From a virus: DNA of 64,000 nt. How positions within the stretch are numbered: position 1 is the stretch's first letter; each line of letters begins with the position of its first letter. The stretch spans positions 1 through 64,000 of the IMG/VR virus record IMGVR_UViG_3300025084_000007, one strand, 5' to 3'. Below the pieces are notes generated by a model, which saw nothing but the letters and a program-made list of their open reading frames with translations, did not search any database and was not told where the DNA came from. The position numbers were made by a program, and so were the translations under genes. Below, one piece after another: positions 22,801 to 28,241 of the stretch.

Positions 22801-25800
22801 TTCAGGTGCAACTGTAACGGGAAATCAATATTCTGCTATTTTCAGTGATAACACTGCATATAGAGATACTGAAATTCCTACAGATATCGATCAAGCAGTT
22901 TGGAGACTTCGCGATCTAGTTGATATTGTTACCAAGGGTCTTGCGCCTTCAGGTAATTCAGTTAGAAATGCCGTCAAGAACTTCTACTTCAATCTTAAGT
23001 ACTATAAGGATGAAATTGGAGCACAGATTGATAGTCAGTTTGGTTCTGGTTCTTGGATATATGATTCGTTCCTTGAAGAAACTGCAAACAATATTGCAGC
23101 AGATAGTATCACAACAGATACAAGTTCTGCAAATACTATTGTTGCTTACGAAATCTCACTTTCTAACATTGTTGGAGACTTCACAGTAGGAGAAACCGTA
23201 ACATCTAGTAATGGCACCACTGCTCAAGTACTTGAGTTTGATAAAGACAATCAGTCAATGTATGTTGGTACTTTCTCATCTACTGCTTGGGCAGTTGCTA
23301 ATACTCTGACGGGCGGAAGTAGTACTGCAACTGCAACTATTGCTGCACCATATGGATCTGTAGTATTTGATGGAACTGGCGACTACTTGCAAACTGCTGG
23401 TATTGCACTTGGAACTAGCAACTTTACTCTTGAAGGATGGATCCGTCGTGTTGACACAAATACAAACTTCTACGTATCTGGGTCAACCACTAATGACTTT
23501 GGATTCTTCGTGGGAGCAGGTTCTTCTAATATCGGTTTCTACGGTGGAAGTAGTGCTAACTTTGTTAATCTCACTAACACTACTATCAATGTTTCTGGTG
23601 GTAGATGGTATCATGTTGCTGTCGTAAGAGAAGGAACGGGTGCTAACCAAACTTCAATCTATATCGACGGTATTCTTCAAGGTAGTGGAACTGTAGCAAC
23701 TAACTATGGTTCTACTGCAATCCTCGTAGGTTCGAGTACGACTACTACTGAATATTCCGCTGGAAACATTTCCGACTGGAGATTGTCTAGCGTTGCTGTT
23801 TATCCGAAAGGAACTACGGCAATTGGAGAAAAACTGTTCGCGCTTCCTACAAGACCATTTGTTGCAGCAGACGTTACTGAAACTGAACTTCTATTATGTC
23901 AAGGTAATACTATTCAAGATAATGGACCTAACACGGTCTCTGTAACTGCTTATGGTGATGCTGCTCCTGCTACAATATCACCATTTGGTACTTTCCCTGG
24001 CGTTTCTAATTCCTTTGATTGGTATAACAGTGTCACTAATGTTGAGATTCTTGCTCAAGCAAGGGCAATCAGTTCGCCAGTCACAGGAGAAGTTAGCAGT
24101 GCAAATCTCTGGACTAATCCAGAAAATCTAAATGCATCTAATTATACCTCTAACTTAGTAGGTTATTACAATAATGCTACCAGTGCTCCTGATGGAACAC
24201 AAACTGCTGAAAAACTCTATGCCACAGGTACTGGAGTACACTCACTAACTAGAGATTTCAACCTAACTTCATTTGAAACCTTTGATAACTCAACGGTAAC
24301 ATTTGATAGTGGCACTGAAACATTCGATACTGGATTTGGTGGTATTAATGAGCAGCAGTCATTTACATTGTCGGCATTCTTTAAGAAAGCAGAACTTGAT
24401 AGTCTCAACTTTAAACTTTCTTTGGATAATCAGTCGAAGAATATTAACTTCAATGTCAACCTTTCCACAGGTCAGGTTGACGTAGGAACAGTGTTTACAA
24501 GTCCTGGCATTACTCTTAATGAATATGGAGTAACACCTGTTGGTGGTGATTGGTTCCGTGTATATGCAACTATCACCTTCGGTTTTGGTATCGACAATCT
24601 TCAAGGAGACTTCGCTATCTATAATCGTTCAGCTATCGCTGCTTCAGGAAATCAAGGTTTCTATGTTTGGGGTATTAAACTCAACTCTGGTTTCCTTGAT
24701 CCTTATACTGCTGGATCTGGCAAGTTGTTCTATTCAAATACCGAATATAACATTAAGACATATGCACTGGATCTTCTGACTGAGTACATGATTGCTTCAA
24801 TTTCTAATGAACTTGTTGTCCCTTCTCCTCTTGCTGTTGTAGGTTCGTTCTACCAGGATCCAACATCAGCAGCTGCTCTTCCTGATGGTAACTACAGCAA
24901 TGAATCTATCGCTAGATTGATTCGTTATGGTACTAGTACAATTAAGAATCAGTTTATTAATGATTCATACTATACAAATCTCACTCAATATAATGCTGTA
25001 ACTTTCGGTTCTAAAAACTATGGTGTTAGAGATATTCCTGTAGGAATTACTGGAGGACTAAATGCCTCTGATTATTTCTATGGATTGAGTTCTGATTCAA
25101 ATGCTGAACTTGCTAATCTCACTACTAACGAGGGTCTGATCGTTAAAGTTTACAGAAGATTCCGTATAGACGGAGATATTACTGATGGTCCATTCACCAT
25201 GAATGAAACTGTTGCTAAGCAGGGTGCTCCTAGTATCACTGGTGTAGTTTACGGATTCTATGAGGATGAGAACTTTAAGTATCTCGATGTTGAAGTTACT
25301 GCTGGTCCTTGGGCGGTTACAGACTTTATCGTTGGTGGGGAGAACTCAACAACTGCACAAATTAGTGCCATCGAAGATCGCATTCATATCATCGATCTTC
25401 AGGGAGACTTTGTTGAGGATATTCAATTCCTTGGTTATACTTCTGGAGCAGTTGCTGAACCTACTTCATTCATCAAAACAGAAGCATCTGTTACTTCCAA
25501 TAGTGGAGGTCTCCTGACAGTTGACACTGAGAGTTTGGTAGGGACTTTTGAGAAAAACTCAGTAGTCTATCCAGCATCGTCTAGAAAGTACATTGATGTA
25601 TCTCAGGTTTCTGGTCTTCAGGTATCGGTTGGTGATCGCATCGCGTCTGATGGATACATTAGATTGGGTGTCTCTGTTATTTCAACTTCAAATGTATTCA
25701 TTGTTGGAAATAGGATCTATAAGGTTGTTAATAATCTTCAAGATAACAGTGTATATGGTGTTATCACTGAAGTAGATCTAGATAACAACTATATCTACAT

Positions 25801-26995
25801 TACCATGATTCAAGGTGAGTTCCAAAATGGTGACTACATCGGAGATTATGGAGTTGATATTTTCCCTCAAGGTTTCGCCACAATCAATACAAAGGTTACG
25901 GTTGATGGTGCAGCATCTGCTCGCGTCCAAGACGTCAGAGCAGCAGGATTGAGTAAGAGAATATATCTTACAGATATCGCAGGAGCATTTACGAGCAAGG
26001 ATGCTATTATCGGGTCTTCTTCTTATAAAGCAGTCATCACGGATGTCGTAGATCTTAAAGCTCGCGTGAAGAGAGCATCCAAAGGATTTGATGGTACACA
26101 AACTAACTTCTCTCTCACCATTGAAAATGGAACTCCATATCTGCCCGATCCAGAAGGACACATGATGATTTTCGTCAATGGTATTCTTCAACCTCCTGGA
26201 GCAACTAACGCATATACAGCGTTCTCCGACCAAATTCAATTCGCTGAGGCACCAGAACTTGGGTCCTCATTTACTGGATTCTATATTGGTAAGATGAGAC
26301 AGTTGGATGATATCTCGTTTGAATTTGATTCCTTACGCCAGTCATTCAACCTCAAGCGTAATGAAGTATTCTATTCACTCACGCTTACAGAAGGTGTTCA
26401 ATCTACTGTGATTAGACCCGAAAATAATATTATTGTTTCTCTCAATGGTGTTGTTCAGGAACCTGGAGTTGGTTTTGAGATTGTTGGTTCACGAATCATC
26501 TTCTCCGAAATTCCTCGCGTAGATTCCACATTTGTCGCATTCTCTTATGTTGGTTCTGAAGCAGACGTTGATGCTGCTGAGGTAGTTCCACCAATCGAAG
26601 CAGGAGACTTCATCGAGATTGAGGGAGAAACTGAAGATCGTGAGGTAGCGGTTATTGAATCGTCTAACTCTCTCATCACCTTCGATTATCTTGGGTCAGT
26701 CTTTGGTCAAGGTGCCATCGGGCAATCTGCACTTACGAGCGGATTTATTAACACTGTCCAAGTCACTTCTGGAGGTTCTGGTTACACAAGCAGACCTACA
26801 GTTAGAATCGACTCTATCTCTGGTTTCGATGGCAATATCCGCGCATTGGTTGGCATCTCTACGGTTCAAATGAACGAGTATGGTTCTGGATATCAAAATC
26901 CAGTTATCGTTATTGAGAGTGAAGTTCCCGATGATTGGACCGCACCAAATCTCGCAGATTATGGTGAAGAACTAGTTGATCCAGAGATCGCATAA
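7868..26995 (+). CDS. gp7: giant gp7-like baseplate wedge initiator / multidomain structural protein (6375 aa)
   Basis: gp7 core motifs IKDFYSAKGT..YLFKLLYG and QDSYYYQDFSY...VHPASFKVFG; position between gp6 and gp8; LamG-like, propeller-like, YHYH-like and GxGY repeat domains. Confidence 0.85.
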   Translation: MDINKVSNVSSYQTPQFIESEYPLFNKFIEYYYQSQEKTGLGQNIVNNFLQYLNIDKLDISILDGASKLVEPISVTDTTITVETVDPFLEKNGSILIGDEVIYYEKTVSSPNIALTPGISYPQVQLKWVLLANNMGDFDGTRTIFPLVSQDNPIGPSSPQHLIVKVYGKTLTPVVDYTISGTNIVYETAPRTALASDDISTTSITYLNGFSENSIVKVDDVSTAFGDNKTTFELTVNNQKYEPVADEFLLAIYDNRLLVPKVDYFTDGSIFVFNTPPLNGRSLSLYSIEAPIPSFGSGAIGYARVNDNGNISSVIPSTNGSGYRFDYPPKVSVNSSVGSSASVKTLVDGIKEVSLLSGGAGYSESNPPTVKVQFPTKEGYTEPTLKATVTNGEVSAIDIVSSGSGYTFTPRITFEQPGGATVAAPTISNGSISGTISITNPGQGYTTPPLVYIDEPTGTDGIKASFTTVLTDGEITAVNILNAGQGYETVPRIAVIDPVGAQVLETIVDGDGRVISVELLFGGSGYTDVPSVYIVDNRQNDVGTYIGGTGATAVAAIFNGQITDINITNFGSGYSADNPPQIVIQKPVDAKASAEVGLQEVTGFSVLKSGTEYTKAQFLGCARAASGITQYTQDGNAVFSNSTVAAEGSVDAPVKCLDALFVKRLLDKYTEQFLPDVPALDYTKIDVRTSIKTIKDFYSAKGTSFSIAYLFKLLYGETVTVSYPKDQIIKPSAATWSVDTVLRATLVSGLPENIQDGLLEQVADISDPNILQATALIENFISIQTAQDTIYELALSEETIQGTFVVPYKTKLAEPLNTTEGIITVDSTIGWPERNGEFVISTGVGSEVVQYKEKSLNQFIECTRSVNGVVEDWDSATQVSSNFNVFINKGTAQEVVLNIVGIVDAQQTTLTDTGSYYLPGDKLLISKLGGTGSGPELTTWLYNVKKLIEVGSITFGGINNQSATVTCNNPHGLLVGDQVTIYGANPIVYNGSFLVTSRDSTTVFQYQLPQPATVVPQGNILVSIDLNKGKSDSSAVNNAISPYTTNIQNTFFNTTNTYIASTGIPNYNIGPFPGSALLPGNQRKLNRFPIVPVTISTKNLIVPGPIGTWVNGVSIWSYKSDVTKIFGSVTSVDITNAGSGYDAAFPPAITISGGEGTGAAATATVNGSISGVTVTEGGSGYTSSPLVSIVGGGGSGASATAIITKGVVSSILVNSGGTGYTSQPSITVVGGGGSGAEGTAAVRGPIQSVTITDGGESYTSNPSIVLSSGTGAVAQAIVNDGRIISIAIISAGSGYTTAPEVTIQGDGFGAVARATIDVDGENAGKVTRIEIINRGIGYSQGTTIINLNSVGQGATFAANVFQWTYNLQETTTVDAAKGSVFEGFNNQYGGEYAHLSNPQRLRYILGDNLFVNVNGQILEQDDQLAHSPIIGWAFDGNPIYGPYGYSDPTNQASSVSRLATSFRLKTNLVYDEITNPTPTRTAGPLLSDEIAGKFVEDYEYTFGLGDLDQYNGRFCKTPEYPNGRYCYFVTIDATEAGNPVFPYILGPSFNSVVDTWNLSTSAVQQNIPVGVVRYRDPYENVDIDVERAPNASTNGLTLENGDLLTFDVEDENRDGVITADEIADPDQIFEESPLQLFDYFPTVKLDSKVDIEVETITKFEDASITGFVVENSGINYQVDDRLIFDNTDTGGDGASARISRIKGESVSGYTFENVSGDNFGVLTTSVPHNLQLGDSVFVDYTPIMDNTNKSFVVRQYKGIEEIVITQSGSGYNEDIPPSLIIDGDGVSGDLEAIVTSVGSIDTVNILNSGSGYSANPRVITSHPQVFKKAEYIVSKIENNENVKVNDVFVNSGKEIFICGKTLDSSGNSVAFVSKLSTTGVKEWEKTLELTSGTEYAEFQKLYVDGDDIWVVGVNRPNILVLDAYNPDIILVKYTQSANGLSASLQFQKGYSGISGSTRADNITCIKKYSDTRYVIGGFTNTNSGSPFDAFIALVDTAGSFAIKRKIASVDDSEKLTDIVVSGDDIYFTLETSNTINDNNVNVAFGKALVGVNAIEIDFIKEYSNAGYSFLDSSLAIDEFNELYINATLRAKSDNVTRDSVWVGKVDVTGDFVWNYRYLAPGRDVNAIGQCAIDIFGDLNIAFNRVDNTTGLKTVDTVKIGYDGVVKNHTTNEFNENRVVGITANAMDVDNSGDVYVFGQTSWNRNEFLLEFTGGATTDTFGNYTPTFVGNDATQSLHLDGGLAKLYGRDIATPANWENAYIEFPNNTLGNSLNENWTLEFMLYQDSASTDTHNQDQQTLVAIGDATDATGGLWLYYDRTSAGPSGKLELVVTNNTTSINSSSGAVQSTLSTMFADDTWQFIGLKKEGNVFTVYVNGISVITATVADTSFTSKKLYIGNIAGRDGTPGSYRKDEQGQYFVDNLKLRNRAIVPTVPSDVSVLPTNGAFALSYSWTDTAWFSAYNDVYDYIDFSGWGVKVDKDADAARIGDQGIQLTTQLGYVRTAVTPVTGSALTIGNTGFALGSLGLQSLDFDDASTVMVEDTETLTYTKDIWSTRTATIPSPGSQKLIISAVVKDRYYFKITDTVKIDNVQILTINQAFRFTVGTKLTLNDSSGAFVNSGYITKVDNENNKVYLAINNNSWTNDLNAGQLSTSQFSEQDTYGIVGPIPLDINQIDSYTFAQVDNTTPGTFTIDLDKYNLDGTFNAAGGQNLDSFAQFKPYSDDDYAVRIDEISGSSTFIVGSVVTINGGDISYNAAYSTATITNLTGVLKITLVANLTKILRVTAVANSDEVYVITGTRHYLTPGSMLNLDGNPSETVGGTVYDEYDGSFPVDTVISPLEFTYKLPQAAITSPATSASDVSIYIKSPVLKMYYGHQYLFDLSHSSMVGGNLSFAKDPLYKLEYSFNSIERVGIPGVTGEGATTPTVKFKVDEDIVTNISYYFDPSRVGDNDSPIIQGSYLDVVGSPYRGTFQVSGIDGATITRGADQIKFPLVNEPEGNADVSRVSYSTSSRRAVGSIDSIRIVNPGGFYTRLPIVSSIQSTRQIERVTINEPGTEYAVGQYTGVPIAGDGEGGFVTITVADGTDSEGGAIPGQVQSVLVTSAGKGYTTASVDIDSIPGILGAGLTGSGAEVTVVIPPFGTAASIFTVGSSVGKIKKLKNNNFGYDYPHDYTLRPEITFPINAQLTSTSILDSVTVTDPGSGYSQAPAVIITGGGGSGAIAQSTIKNGRLDRIEVKDPGLGYSSTPAVELKSSFNYVVNLDLGLLQFSFPHGIAQGSEITLNVVDTGDGADFPIAAGAVGRLNGLTTYYAIAGTANSLEDDQLKFAITPANAALGDALAFTNAGTGRQQVLTTSFGGAATANVITSTFLEGEQVYQGSSFENATAFGFVSTNNGWQVGPRIVKIVDYTGDFNIGESVTGVISKSSGTISSLNIATGVLDVGSITETSGQFIDDVGKPSEIIQKIQDSYYYQDFSYAVKSAISINDWKDILIKNVHPASFKVFGELNLNEYGFVPNKETFFQLTKSVELARQATVPNIQSFALVEPVYTAFDNTEVLFRQKRLTSSENILTSVVQRLDDISNLFDGERIAFPLQIDGSNVVANANQLMIILNGVVQTPDTAFEVQNDSIVFAEPPQPPASVKYVNVTIQPIQVYKFTITNNSGIFPSTNNTVLGTQSGSRLTVTSVVGDDIFGFIAEGNVGIVTALDNATLTGGAGYTDGTYTNVSTTSSGVGTGLTVNITVASGAVTQASINSVGVGYASSEVITITGGTTSATIAVTSVSGFNINELISVGATGFTATLTEITPISNLNLFSFNEQIKNLTGKIAIVEEVNLETGDAVPLADLRYTIGAGTTSIEIIASSALYDTAVPEGVFTIGANYQLGAEIVTVSDVTVGPDSTTLTVQRGQLGTTATSHQEDLPVYGTDINITNELALSKTVGTYQSKPGLFDIQLDDVIIGSQSGVVARITSTSAYQDPVTSEFIEQVNISDGSSFFGLLFNRLTSASYPNVILDNISESQVNIVDFTDNTTDFDAKFPGTEFISNLVIPYDNATGTFQENEVIRNYKLGYGNVTGSFNSAEDMVTKKLAFDGRVGSGFFQLGQVIRTQDTKGEVIGYNQALSTIYLGKVGRTLSTGEDYHQVTFANNAQLDTDQSHYGLTSLLLDGTGDYLSIPTSTEFGFGTGAFTIECWIRPSSVTGTQQIFDFRATATEVSSELLLVGTNLNYRVNGSTTITGTATLEVDTWYHVAISRNAATTKLFVNGTQDGGDFADGGNYGSTKPIIIGASYAFGDGFAGHIDEFRVSNTSRYQTTFTAPTGIFQGDANTKLLLHFEGADTQTYIEDWSGGESFTDNEDFNNDAILKNWNENSTNLPAGFAGKSQRYYDAANLIESNKEFVAKEAVYLLTQQYPSLVIPGGNVNCEDDVRDILTALIEDLRNGCNSHIWDASALYVDRTVNPVTISHVDTEVTETVWAYDKVKDILQYIINNTLWSVSGSHGVRQITDTTITDSSTSSFTTIQPSAISYDAATGDMVMTSGGHGLTTANTIAIAAESLTFTCASDGNERELVHPRVSDTRAYNQVLAITAVTTDTFTVNVGASPTEQQYGHTFVSASSNAVTVLDYSTGDCADVYSTIGNLLDILTDTLEQADLGTPVDHLATITKVETNYEFVGATVNAFLEVPFTTTYHSAASDILYTNRIDVSARGRFRDASNLINSNAAVIVDKAAHDMLTRYPDLAVDMPRNAAGGSTDGTLRCKTDLGLILSGMAKDIYDGGNFFTVQAANFYIGENDELRHIRLQVWQSVYAHERLGFYAKQAVTGDLTYDNTDNIIVGDWGITNDAGNCANVQSAIDTLVSTINDIIAPTSEDFNIAGDRLYFNREYIAEEITGLTAAYLTYQVDNSNQVAYTYDTAKCERDIKLLITAIISDLQTGGNNSTVDNMNLYLTANGELNHVEEELLPTVFAFEQIRTLGEKAIRNLLYDSGATVTGNQYSAIFSDNTAYRDTEIPTDIDQAVWRLRDLVDIVTKGLAPSGNSVRNAVKNFYFNLKYYKDEIGAQIDSQFGSGSWIYDSFLEETANNIAADSITTDTSSANTIVAYEISLSNIVGDFTVGETVTSSNGTTAQVLEFDKDNQSMYVGTFSSTAWAVANTLTGGSSTATATIAAPYGSVVFDGTGDYLQTAGIALGTSNFTLEGWIRRVDTNTNFYVSGSTTNDFGFFVGAGSSNIGFYGGSSANFVNLTNTTINVSGGRWYHVAVVREGTGANQTSIYIDGILQGSGTVATNYGSTAILVGSSTTTTEYSAGNISDWRLSSVAVYPKGTTAIGEKLFALPTRPFVAADVTETELLLCQGNTIQDNGPNTVSVTAYGDAAPATISPFGTFPGVSNSFDWYNSVTNVEILAQARAISSPVTGEVSSANLWTNPENLNASNYTSNLVGYYNNATSAPDGTQTAEKLYATGTGVHSLTRDFNLTSFETFDNSTVTFDSGTETFDTGFGGINEQQSFTLSAFFKKAELDSLNFKLSLDNQSKNINFNVNLSTGQVDVGTVFTSPGITLNEYGVTPVGGDWFRVYATITFGFGIDNLQGDFAIYNRSAIAASGNQGFYVWGIKLNSGFLDPYTAGSGKLFYSNTEYNIKTYALDLLTEYMIASISNELVVPSPLAVVGSFYQDPTSAAALPDGNYSNESIARLIRYGTSTIKNQFINDSYYTNLTQYNAVTFGSKNYGVRDIPVGITGGLNASDYFYGLSSDSNAELANLTTNEGLIVKVYRRFRIDGDITDGPFTMNETVAKQGAPSITGVVYGFYEDENFKYLDVEVTAGPWAVTDFIVGGENSTTAQISAIEDRIHIIDLQGDFVEDIQFLGYTSGAVAEPTSFIKTEASVTSNSGGLLTVDTESLVGTFEKNSVVYPASSRKYIDVSQVSGLQVSVGDRIASDGYIRLGVSVISTSNVFIVGNRIYKVVNNLQDNSVYGVITEVDLDNNYIYITMIQGEFQNGDYIGDYGVDIFPQGFATINTKVTVDGAASARVQDVRAAGLSKRIYLTDIAGAFTSKDAIIGSSSYKAVITDVVDLKARVKRASKGFDGTQTNFSLTIENGTPYLPDPEGHMMIFVNGILQPPGATNAYTAFSDQIQFAEAPELGSSFTGFYIGKMRQLDDISFEFDSLRQSFNLKRNEVFYSLTLTEGVQSTVIRPENNIIVSLNGVVQEPGVGFEIVGSRIIFSEIPRVDSTFVAFSYVGSEADVDAAEVVPPIEAGDFIEIEGETEDREVAVIESSNSLITFDYLGSVFGQGAIGQSALTSGFINTVQVTSGGSGYTSRPTVRIDSISGFDGNIRALVGISTVQMNEYGSGYQNPVIVIESEVPDDWTAPNLADYGEELVDPEIA

Positions 26996-26998
26996 ATA
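26991..26998 (+). promoter_or_regulatory. T4-type late promoter
   Basis: CATAAATA about 20 nt upstream of ATG 27018. Confidence 0.65.
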
Positions 26999-27017
26999 AC
27001 TAAAAACGTAGTAAGTA

Positions 27018-28238
27018 ATGGCTAAACAAGCACTAAACCTTGGAGCTTCTGCTAATGACAATACGGGGGATACCCTCCGTATTGGTGGTGATAAAATTAA
27101 TGATAATTTTAACGAACTATATACCGCTTTAGGTAATGGGGTAAGTTTAACTGTTAATACATTGAACCCCATATCGGGGCAAGTTCTTCGTTATAACGGA
27201 TCTACCTTTCTTCCTTCAGATTATAGTAATCTTACATCTGCTTTGGATGTAAATGGTAACTCAATTATCTCCTCTAGTGATGGCAATATTCCAATTGCTG
27301 CAAATGGAACTGGTCTAATTACACTAGCATCTAACTCGGTCACTTCGACATTTGGTGCTACTGTTGACATTCCTACTAGTGTAAAATATAAGAATGAGTA
27401 TGCATCCTTAGCAGCTGCTCCTGCTGCAGCATCCTATCCTGGTTATTTCTTTACCGTAGATGGTACTGATGATCCTTATGTAAACATCAATATCACTGAG
27501 GGTGGTCTTGGTGATGTTAGAGCAAAACTTCTTACTGAGTATTCAAGTATTGATGACTTGAGTAATGTTGATGTTACAACAGCAGCACCAACAACAAATC
27601 AAATTCTTAAGTGGGATGGATCTAATTGGGTTCCTGGAGATGATCAAGCAGGTGTAAGTGCCATTAATGTTTTCCAGACTGTTAATGCAGATTCAGGAAC
27701 TACTACAGCAAACAGTCAAGCAGATACACTTACTATTGCTGGTGGTACTAATATTACTACAGCAGTTTCTGGCGATACCGTAACGGTAAACTTTAGTGGT
27801 ACTCTTACCACTACTCTGGCAGCATTAACTGATACTGAAACTGCTGGTCTTACTCAGGGCGATATGCTCTATTGGAATGGTTCTAACTGGATACCAACTC
27901 GTAGTCCGATGATTTGGTATGAACTTGGAGCGCCTCCAGGAAACAATTCCAGTTACTATACAATAGCAGGACCTGGATTTGATGGACTTGCTCAAAATCC
28001 TAATGTTTATGTTCATAGAGGATTTACATATGCCTTCGATAATAGTGTTGAAGGTGGTGGGCATCCCTTTAGGATTCAATCTACTCAAGGACTGACAGGC
28101 ACACCGTATACCACTGGTCAGAGTGGAAGTATAACTAACGTTCTTTATTGGACAATTCCTCATGATGCACCTAATACATTGTACTATCAATGTACTCTGC
28201 ACTCTGGGATGAATGGCACCTTTACCGTCGTAAACTGA
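27018..28238 (+). CDS. gp9/gp10-like baseplate fibre connector or short fibre with C-terminal cupredoxin-like domain
   Basis: N-terminus MAKQALNLGASANDNTGDTLRIGGDKINDNF is T4 gp9/10-type; C-terminal GHPF...YYQCTLHSGM. Confidence 0.75.
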   Translation: MAKQALNLGASANDNTGDTLRIGGDKINDNFNELYTALGNGVSLTVNTLNPISGQVLRYNGSTFLPSDYSNLTSALDVNGNSIISSSDGNIPIAANGTGLITLASNSVTSTFGATVDIPTSVKYKNEYASLAAAPAAASYPGYFFTVDGTDDPYVNINITEGGLGDVRAKLLTEYSSIDDLSNVDVTTAAPTTNQILKWDGSNWVPGDDQAGVSAINVFQTVNADSGTTTANSQADTLTIAGGTNITTAVSGDTVTVNFSGTLTTTLAALTDTETAGLTQGDMLYWNGSNWIPTRSPMIWYELGAPPGNNSSYYTIAGPGFDGLAQNPNVYVHRGFTYAFDNSVEGGGHPFRIQSTQGLTGTPYTTGQSGSITNVLYWTIPHDAPNTLYYQCTLHSGMNGTFTVVN

Positions 28239-28241
28239 TAA

